Source: Naegleria gruberi (Eukaryota). From it: a stretch of DNA of 64,000 bases. The stretch is from NCBI GenBank assembly GCA_000004985.1, contig GG738874.1; one strand, written 5' to 3'. The notes beneath the pieces are model-generated. The model worked only from the letters and a program-made list of their open reading frames with translations. It searched no databases and had not been told where the DNA came from. The first letter of the stretch is position 1. Each line of letters begins with the position of its first letter. Positions 55,975 to 64,000 of this stretch are shown piece after piece. The translations under genes and the position numbers were made by a program.

Positions 55975-56141
55975 TTTTTTTTATCTGATTCTTTTCGAAA
56001 GGTTTCACTAGTAATGCTCGAATTGGAAGGAAGAGTCCAAAGATGGTCTTCCAGCTGCTGTTGGAATCTGTAAATCTTTAGCTTAATATTTATTACTGTT
56101 CGATACCAGCTTGGCTAGACAGTAAATTTTATTATTAAAAA

Positions 56142-56486
56142 ATGGCGGGAAAAGCTGTGAACGAATGTTTCTTCCCCATTTCGTTCACTATTGAGCAAAA
56201 GGAACTGAAAAACTCGTCGACACCAGATGTGGTGGTGGCAAAAAAGCGCAGAAAAAAACGACACAAATATATATCAGGTGCATATCAAAGGTTGTTTGAT
56301 TTTGAAACCAACTTGTTCACTCGCTTTTTATCAATTGTCTTACCAAATGATGAAGATTTGAAAATAGTCCAGTGGTCATATATCCTTAGTGTCATTGTAT
56401 TCCATCTAGTCTTCCAATTTATTTTACCGTGTTACCTCGCTTGCAAAGTGGAAGAAAAAGATATTTTGCAAGGGAAGCTATTGTGA
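56142..56486 (+). CDS. small hypothetical protein (polybasic KKRRKKRHK tract plus C-terminal hydrophobic segment)
   Basis: 114-codon ORF with ATG in a TTAAAAAATGGCG context. No homology is recognisable. It could alternatively be a 5' exon or an upstream ORF of the adjacent 7-TM gene. Confidence 0.3.
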   Translation: MAGKAVNECFFPISFTIEQKELKNSSTPDVVVAKKRRKKRHKYISGAYQRLFDFETNLFTRFLSIVLPNDEDLKIVQWSYILSVIVFHLVFQFILPCYLACKVEEKDILQGKLL

Positions 56487-56728
56487 TTTTGTGTGGCTTG
56501 GTCAATTATTCACTAGAAGAAAAAAAGGTGATTGAAAGGGAAGAAAATATTTTCACGCTTTTTCTGTCCACGTGTGTTCATCATTAGAGAAGAGAACACT
56601 TTCAACATCACGTTCATCAATTTATAGAATATACTTCTTCCTTTTTGTGTGAGTATTCAGAAGTGTAACAACAAAAGAAAAAGAAGAATTTTAAACAATT
56701 TTGCCTACTACACTACTTCATCATCATT

Positions 56729-58698
56729 ATGTCCATCGGAAAGTTAATACAGTCATCAGCCTTGTTAAGTCAAGTTGCTGGACAGGCTAATCAATTGTTT
56801 GATTCAATACTTTCCTATTTATTAATTAATTTAGGTTCTTCATCATCTTTATCAACAACAACTATAGCACAACAAGATACAAACTTGTTGCACAATATCA
56901 TCAATAACAACAACAATATTATTGGATCATCCTTTGGAACAACAACCAATGATATAAATAATAGGACTGAAGAAATAATTTTGGTGAGAGGAGTAACACT
57001 TACAATGGATATTACCTTCTTGTTGGTTCCTTTAATAATCTCGATTGCCATTCCGATCCTCTATGAAATGCTTGTTGTTCGACAATTCCTGGATAAGATT
57101 AAAAAGAAGTTTAAAAGAAAGGCAAGAACACGTTCAACCTATTACGATAAGTTTGGTCAATATCAAGATAGTATTGAGGCATTTGCACTTCAAGATATTG
57201 AAAAGGAGGAGAATGCTAGAAGCACATTGTTTTGGAAATTGGTTTGCTTTTGTGGATGGAGAAATTTCAAAAACTTTTTCTTTACTACTCCATTAGGTGC
57301 AGATAATTCATTGGCAGCAATCAATGAGAATGGAAGCTTTGTAATGTATCATTCAACACCCTTTCAATTATTGGATAGAATGTGTTCCAGTTGCTGCACA
57401 ACTGTCAGTACATCATCCAGTGAAGATCTCGCACCACTCTTTCCATCAGAAAACAATGTGAAAATTCGATCTGTTACATCCAAAAGCGTTCATCAATATA
57501 ACATTTCATGCTGGATTTCTAGTTCAATACTCTTGCTAATACGTATTGGTAATTTCGTATTGGCAGTAGTGACAGCTGTCTACTTGGGAAAGGATGAAAT
57601 ATTCAAGAAGGGCAATCACAATCCTTGGTTCGAATATACCAAATATCTTACCAACAATACTTTCAATCTCTTCCTTGTCTATTCATCACTCGTGCTATTC
57701 TACCATATTATTCTAATGATGACTGCAGGTGTTCTTGTGATCAAGAAGAGAAAACCAACAAGTGGTAACACAGCTACAGTTACTTTTCCATATCATGACA
57801 TTATGCCAAGAAATTTGGAAAAAGTTTTAGAGGTAATTGGTAACATGTTGTGGTTCTTATCAGAGATGAACCTTGTAACTTCTGCTCTTGTTTCTATTGG
57901 GTATGTTATTATTGCTATTGTATAATATTTACCATTAACCTGAAAATTATTTTGAATAATTATTATAATTATTAATGAACTTGCTGAATGATTATCTTAA
58001 GTTTTTGGACAATCATCATACCAACAGGAAATTTCCCAACGGATAGAATTAACTTTATCATTATATCATCACATGGATTGACATTTATTGGAAGTTTTAT
58101 AGAGGCCTTCATGTCAGACTTTTATTTTAAATTCTGGCATGTCTTCATCATTGGCCTTTATTCACCAATTTATCTTCTCTATGTTATTGGATTGAAAGAA
58201 GGTGGATACATTACATCATTCCCATACGGAAATCTTCTCGATTATGACAAGGGAGATTTAGCTTTGGCTGGACATTTCACATTCATCATTGGCATTTATT
58301 TACTCTTCGCCTTGTTCTGGCTCGTCTTGACAGTTTTTAAAAAGTTGATGGTCATCAAGTTTTGTGCCAGTTATGCCTTCCCTTCAACACTTGGACATCG
58401 TTCTTCTATTCCTCATAGTGCATCATCAGGATCATTGGAAAGAAGAGCCAGTTCGACCCCATACTATCAATCCACTTTTAAAGTTGGTTCTCCCGATAGA
58501 ACAATTTCACCAACTCTTCTCCAACAACATGCTCGTTCCATCAGTTTATCGAGTAGTGGTTATGGTGATGAAGAGGAGGAACAATTTACATCACTCCCAG
58601 CCAATTCAACCCTACAAACAACACCTACTCCATCCTCTACAGCTCAGCATCACAAGAGAACCTTTTCTTATGGCAGTACAAGCCATAGCCAGCAATAA
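56729..58698 (+). CDS. seven-transmembrane-helix membrane protein, unknown family; 2 exons 56729..57900 and 58002..58698
   Basis: Exon 1 ends in phase 2 (...SIG) before GTATGT at 57901. The 101-nt intron ends CTTAAG at 58001; the join gives ...ALVSIG|GFWTIIIPTG. The roughly 622-aa product has an Asn-rich N-terminus. TM1 is about residues 95-117; a roughly 150-aa loop follows; then come six further hydrophobic helices. The C-terminal roughly 110 aa are S/T/P-rich. Confidence 0.6.
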
Positions 58699-59302
58699 TT
58701 TTACATCATCAGCCCACAGTACAATAATTTCAAGTGAAATTAGCCCAACAAAATAGAATGTGAGAAGGGCTTTAAAGTGTTAAAGGGTTGGCTAGAAACT
58801 GGACCATTCGAAGTTTGTGTGTCACTGCTTGTTGCTTTGTGATATCTTGTATTTGGAAAGACTTCTCTTCTGGAGCCGTGAGTGTTACGCGATGACAGTT
58901 TGGGTAATACAAATCTGTCAGAAAGGTGTAACAAATTCGAAACTTTTGCCAAGTTAACAACGCACGTTGCTGCATCAATGTTGCCAAAATGATCCAATGA
59001 AGTTATTCACCTCCTAATCGTTTCATGAATCTGCTTGTAACGATACTTTTCACATCTCTTGAGGTAACAAAACAATCATTTGTTGTCTCTTGTTGAGAAA
59101 GATGATTCACCATCATTTCAAAACAAATACCCCAACCAACAACAACTAGAGCAAATTACTCTTAGCCGAGTTGTAGCAGTAATTTGTAAATCTTCATTAA
59201 CAACAACAACAAGAATACCTTTCTTCTCTAAAATCATTAAAATTATTATTAACCAACTTTCGGTAGCTCTTTCTAACACTTTCTCACAACACCATTTTCT
59301 AA

Positions 59303-60889
59303 ATGTCAAGCGATAACACTAATGGTGGAACAACCTCAAGTGGTCCAGTTCTCTCCCAATCGGCAACTGATGTCTCATCTCCAACCGAAATTAAAGCCAA
59401 AAAGAAGGTTGTCATTAATGCTGAACCAACCCACGGTCCAATGTCAGTAGCTTCCAACACTACAAAAACCTCTGCCTCTGCTAAAGGAGCTCTCAAAGTC
59501 AATACATGTTGTGGTGTTGTTGAACTGACACCTATGAAATTAGCCTGTTTGATTGGTATGGCTATTACTGTCGTTGCCTTTGTTGCTTTGGGTGTTATTT
59601 CAATTACAAGCTTTGTTTATTCGAGCAGTAAGAAAATTGACCTTTTAATTACCTATGCAGATATCAGATATTACAGATCACAAGCTATGGCTGCTGTCAA
59701 GATGGCTGCTTATTCTAATGTATGTTTTATAATTATTTGATCAAACTGAACTGTTATTTCCACAAATTAACAATGTTGTCAACCTTTTAACAATGATGAC
59801 AACTAACATTAATTGATAACCAATAATTTAATGATGACAATTCAATAGGATTTTAATCAATACTATGATATCTACACTTCCAACAATAACAATTTAACAA
59901 ACCTCATCACGTCGATCAGAACAATTTTCCAAAATGATGCCACAGCCAATGCCCTCTTCACCAAGACCACTCTGACAGCAAAGAGTAAATTGGAAGGTTT
60001 TAATACCTATATCTTTGGTTTATTGAGACAAGGCAGTTATCAACAAGATGCTATTGACACAGTGAATAGTCAAGATTATAAGGACACTGATAATCTTTTC
60101 TATTCTGGTTTAACTTCCCTATTGAACTATGTCGTTACTTCGGAACAATCCAAAGACAATAGTGTCATTGCTTCCAACCTAGTTCAATTGGTAATTATTG
60201 TGATTGCCTTGGTGATTGTTTTGCCAGTTTTAGTATTCGTCTTTACTTATGCCATCAATCGTGACTCACTCTATTTGGAAAAGATTAGACGTGCCAATTC
60301 CATCATGTTATTGGATACAATTGCTGATAGTAATTTACGTTCTCTCTTCAAAGCTCATTGTGAAAAGGAAAAGTCAACTGAAAACTTTTTACTCTTAGAA
60401 AAGATTCACAACTATAAGGCCATGTGTGAAAGAGTCGACGATTTAAATATGAAATTATATGGAGATAGCACAATTTCTGATACTGCTAGTGCTTCTTCAA
60501 AGACTGATTCAACTGCCACTGCTGAGTCAGTTCCAAAACTCAAGAAGGAACAAGTTGCCAAGTATGAAAAAGAGCTCAATGAAATGGAAGGTAAAAAGTA
60601 TGAATTGGCCTTTGAAATTTACTCCTATCACTTGGATATCAACGGTGACATGGCTGCCAACGTAACCAAGAGCAAGTGTGACAAGGTTAAGGTTCAACTC
60701 GATAATTACAATACCAAACAAATCGAAAGTTTACCACTCGATTTATTCAAACAAATTGAAAAGGAAGTTTGTTTGACCATGATGGACACTCACAATAGAT
60801 TCAAATCATCCATTGCCTTCCAAAAGGAAATGAAAATTCACAAGCTTAACGTTGAAAAGATTAAGGCTAAGCATAAGAATAAGTTTTAA
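59303..60889 (+). CDS. membrane-anchored RGS domain protein, paralog 2; exons 59303..59719 and 59849..60889
   Basis: ATG at 59303. Exon 1 is MSSDNTNGG...CCGVVELTPMKLACLIGMAITVVAFVALGVISITSF (a TM anchor) and ends ...AYSN in phase 0 before GTATGT at 59720. The 129-nt intron ends CAATAG at 59848. Exon 2 has a second TM (LVQLVIIVIALVIVLPVLVFVFTY). The RGS core is FKAHCEKEKSTENFLLLEKIHNYKAM. About 485 aa, and colinear with the gene at 30545..32174. Confidence 0.8.
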
Positions 60890-61267
60890 ATTTTTGAGAG
60901 GAGAGAAAAATAATTACCCACCAAGTAGAATATATCTGATACCTTGCTGCTGCTGTGTGTGTAATTAATATTGTATCATAATAATATTAAAATAATGAAT
61001 TTTTGTAAATTGTAATAGAACATCATATTCTCCTCGGGTTGCCTTTTTTGATCAAACTGAATCTGTAAAAAATGGCGTTAATCAAACCGCGGGAAATCGT
61101 TAGTTGATTTTAGAAGGCTTGTTGTTGTATGGAAAGTGCATGGAGATATTACCATAACTCTCATGATTGGAGAAATATTAAAGTGGAAAGGAAGGCTATT
61201 TTGAATGTGAAAATATTCCATCCGATAATTTTATTATTTAATATTATTTTTAAAATTTAAATTTAAT

Positions 61268-63985
61268 TTATTGGGTATTGGCAAAGAGGTTGGAAACACT
61301 TCTATTGTTTGAGTAGAGGAGTGGATTGTTTTTCAAGTGTCTGTGATGTTTGTCATTGAGCAAATAGGTCTTGACAATTCCCTTTCCTTTCACATCAACT
61401 TCTCTCTCTTCAAAATCATATCCCAAATCGAAAACTCTTTCATAAGTTGATCTGGAGATTTGAATTCGTCCATTCTTTGAAGTGGATTCCATTCGAGAAG
61501 CAATATTGATGGTATCACCCCATAAATCGTAGGCAAACTTTTTCATTCCAATCACTCCAGCAACAACTGATCCTGTATTAATTCCAACTCGAATATTGAT
61601 TTGTTGAGGTGGTGGAGAGGATGATTTCACCTTTAATTCATTATCTGTTTCCTTAACAACCTCCTCTTGTTCATTATTATCAACAGATTTGAGTCGATTT
61701 GAATTGAAATCATTTATCACTCCAAATGTTTCAATTGCAAATTTTAAAACTCTTTCAGGATGATCACTTGTTGCAGCTCCAGGTAATCCACCCACTGCAA
61801 AATAGGCATCTCCAATTGTTTTGATCTTTTCCAAATCATATTTTTCAGTCAACATGTCAAATCCATTCACAATTGAGTTCAACATCATTACTAAATCAGT
61901 GGCTTGCATATTACTACTTATGGCTGTAAATCCAACCATATCTGAAAAGAAACAAGTGATATCATCCAATTTTTCAGCAATGAATGTATGTCCACTTTTC
62001 AATCTTGAAGCAACACTTGTTGGTAAGATATTCTTCAAGAGATTATCCGATTTTTGTTTCTCTTCACTCAATAAGGCATTTTGTTTCTTTTCAGAAGTTA
62101 AATCTTTCATTGTGACAATCAGAATATTTCTCATTGAACCTCTTTCACCTTGAATTTTGACAGTGAAGAGTGTTATTTTGCAAGGGAATTTGGTTTGATT
62201 TCTTCTGATACAATCTAATTCAACAATTTCACATTTTCCATTTCCTTCTTCACTCTCCTTGCTGGATTGTTTCAATTGAACATCTTCATCATCTTGATCT
62301 TCATCCTTCTTATCAGAATCTTTTCCACTCTTTTTGAAAATATACTTGATACACTTGTTGAGTTCATCTTGGTGTGTTGATTCAACCAATTGTGAAATTG
62401 AAGTTCCCAAAACATCAATTGGTTTCATTCCAAACATTTTCAATGCAGAATAATTCAAAAATTCAATTTCATGATTCTCATTACAAATAATACTTCCTTC
62501 AACACTTGAATTGAAAACATTCTTCAAATCAGAAATGGATGAAGCGGAAGATGATGATGATTTGTCCTTCTTTTTCATTCTTGTACTCAATGAATTGGTA
62601 TTGTTATAGAGGATAAAGTTTCTCAATGTTTCATTCCTCTCTAAAACTTCAACTGGAATATATTGTGACATTAATCGAAGTGAATGTAATTGACCACAAT
62701 AATTGGAGTAGATGATATACATCAGAAAGAAGAAAACCATACACCCAACAATTTCCACACCTGCAAAGCTTATTACTACATCATAAGAGGGAGCTGTAGA
62801 GGAGGAAATGAATGCCTTGATGAAAATTGTGAACTTGTTACTCAATGCTAGTGCCATTCTCATAGCAAGGTTATGCCGTATCCCTAAATCAGCTATTGGA
62901 AGAAGAATACCTTTTGGAGTTGCTGCCTTTTGAAGAGAATTTTGCTTTCTGGAGTCAGTCAATAATTGAGGAACCAGGGTCATGTAATCATTCAAAAGTG
63001 TTTCCAAACCGATGCAGTACATCATATTTGTTTCTATTGTAAGAGTCATATTATTTTCTTGCAAATAGTCAGAGCAATTAGATGAAACGCCATGATTAAT
63101 AAGTGAGTCAACACCTGGATACATTCCTAAAATTGGTCTGGTACCAACAGAGGCATCCCCATAAATTAATCTTGACCACATACTACTAAGAGTTGGTAAT
63201 CTATTTGTTGCTCTGTCAAAGAGTACATTGAAATTTGTAACAGTATTGAATAATCTTGGATCACCATATGTAACATTTCTTTTGAAATTAACTGCCAATG
63301 GAGAAATATTGTTTGAAATTTCACTTGCAACAAAGTAGGTCATTACTTCACCTGTGTTAAATGCGATTCTCTGTACAGATGTTGCAGCTTGAATACTTAA
63401 TCTTACATTGTTCATCACTCTACCAGCAGTTTGGGCATTGAAGTCGCTTTCATAATAGAACATGGCAATACTTGCACATGTAAATAAGGTAATCAGCGAA
63501 ATCAAAATAATTGTTGAAATGTTTGATTTCATTTTGGCAAGTGAGAAAGTATTGTCAGCATTATTGGCAGTATCAGTTGTTTTGTTGTTGAGAGAGTGAA
63601 ATATTTTTCCAATCACATCTTTGCTCAAATGTTTTTCATATATTTTCACAATTTTTGTCATATGACTCATTTCAAATATCATATAACTCAAATAAGCAAT
63701 ACTGATCAAAAAGAATGCAACTAGAACTGCACCTGAATAATACACCAAATTTTGAGTTGTTAGATCTACTGCATCTGTTGATCTATCAAGATAACGGGCG
63801 CAAAAAGTATCAAAAGCCAGTGAAGCAGTTTCTCTATTCGCAAACAGGAACATGAAATTGTAATTCTTCAATGGGTGAAAGTACAAATCAGTTGCTGCAA
63901 TATTTAGCAATAGAGTTTGATAGGACGGATCATAGTTATGGCTTGAAATATTTGTCAACAAGTTAATTGGAAAGGTGTCAATCAT
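61268..63985 (-). CDS. receptor-type class III adenylyl cyclase: 2-TM-flanked extracellular sensor domain + third TM + PAS domain + cyclase catalytic domain (N-terminus may extend beyond the window)
   Basis: A continuous 905-codon ORF reaches the window edge; the upstream 15 nt remain in frame with no stop. Hydrophobic helices lie at about residues 85-105, 155-177 and 400-425, bracketing a roughly 220-aa hydrophilic domain. A PAS-like segment follows (...EGSIICNENHEIEFLNYSALKMFGMKPIDVLGTSISQLV). The cyclase core has FSDMVGFTAISS (the metal Asp) and EKIKTIGDAYFAVGGLPG / FAYDLWGDTINIASRMES. The substrate-specifying Lys and Asp predict ATP as substrate. Confidence 0.85.
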   Translation of the reverse strand: MIDTFPINLLTNISSHNYDPSYQTLLLNIAATDLYFHPLKNYNFMFLFANRETASLAFDTFCARYLDRSTDAVDLTTQNLVYYSGAVLVAFFLISIAYLSYMIFEMSHMTKIVKIYEKHLSKDVIGKIFHSLNNKTTDTANNADNTFSLAKMKSNISTIILISLITLFTCASIAMFYYESDFNAQTAGRVMNNVRLSIQAATSVQRIAFNTGEVMTYFVASEISNNISPLAVNFKRNVTYGDPRLFNTVTNFNVLFDRATNRLPTLSSMWSRLIYGDASVGTRPILGMYPGVDSLINHGVSSNCSDYLQENNMTLTIETNMMYCIGLETLLNDYMTLVPQLLTDSRKQNSLQKAATPKGILLPIADLGIRHNLAMRMALALSNKFTIFIKAFISSSTAPSYDVVISFAGVEIVGCMVFFFLMYIIYSNYCGQLHSLRLMSQYIPVEVLERNETLRNFILYNNTNSLSTRMKKKDKSSSSSASSISDLKNVFNSSVEGSIICNENHEIEFLNYSALKMFGMKPIDVLGTSISQLVESTHQDELNKCIKYIFKKSGKDSDKKDEDQDDEDVQLKQSSKESEEGNGKCEIVELDCIRRNQTKFPCKITLFTVKIQGERGSMRNILIVTMKDLTSEKKQNALLSEEKQKSDNLLKNILPTSVASRLKSGHTFIAEKLDDITCFFSDMVGFTAISSNMQATDLVMMLNSIVNGFDMLTEKYDLEKIKTIGDAYFAVGGLPGAATSDHPERVLKFAIETFGVINDFNSNRLKSVDNNEQEEVVKETDNELKVKSSSPPPQQINIRVGINTGSVVAGVIGMKKFAYDLWGDTINIASRMESTSKNGRIQISRSTYERVFDLGYDFEEREVDVKGKGIVKTYLLNDKHHRHLKNNPLLYSNNRSVSNLFANTQ

Positions 63986-64000
63986 ATTTTGGGTATACTT

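Noticed and set aside
1-64000. tRNA, rRNA, CRISPR and prokaryotic-operon features
   Set aside because: No GGTTCGAATCC-type T-loops or cloverleaf candidates were found on inspection of every 'ttcgaa' occurrence. There are no rDNA-like blocks and no short direct-repeat arrays. The sequence is intron-containing eukaryotic DNA.

Overview
The window is AT-rich (about 65-70% A+T) eukaryotic nuclear DNA, not prokaryotic. The evidence is short GTAAGT...AG introns of 40-150 nt, A-rich AAAAATG start contexts, and poly-Ser/Asn/Lys/Glu low-complexity coding. Gene density is very high, roughly one gene per 2 kb, and intergenic spacers are often under 200 bp. This style best fits a dictyostelid-like amoebozoan, but the taxon is an inference only.

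The six-frame track calls TTG/GTG/CTG as 'M', so I re-derived true ATG starts and splice junctions by hand from the sequence.

About 29 protein-coding genes are supported. Recognisable products include a PHAF1/UPF0183 homolog, a 7-exon kinesin with a C-terminal PH domain, a CCT chaperonin subunit, exocyst Sec8, a MacB/LolD-type ABC ATPase, a Ser/Thr kinase, a Gfo/Idh/MocA oxidoreductase, a DyP-type peroxidase, an EST1/SMG-family protein, an F-box/LRR protein and a vWA protein.

The most unusual content is two-fold. First, a 36.4-54.8 kb locus holds four giant genes for polycationic Lys/Ser/Thr/Pro-rich repeat proteins. Two carry a signal peptide plus a vWD-like domain beginning with a GDPH motif; two share a separate C-terminal module. 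Second, a G-protein-signalling neighbourhood near the 3' end contains a divergent G-alpha-like protein whose catalytic residues are substituted, two paralogous membrane-anchored RGS proteins, two orphan 7-TM proteins, and a sensor+PAS adenylyl cyclase.

No rRNA, tRNA, CRISPR or obvious transposon was found. Two apparent reading-frame discontinuities (in Sec8 and in RGS paralog 1) are flagged.
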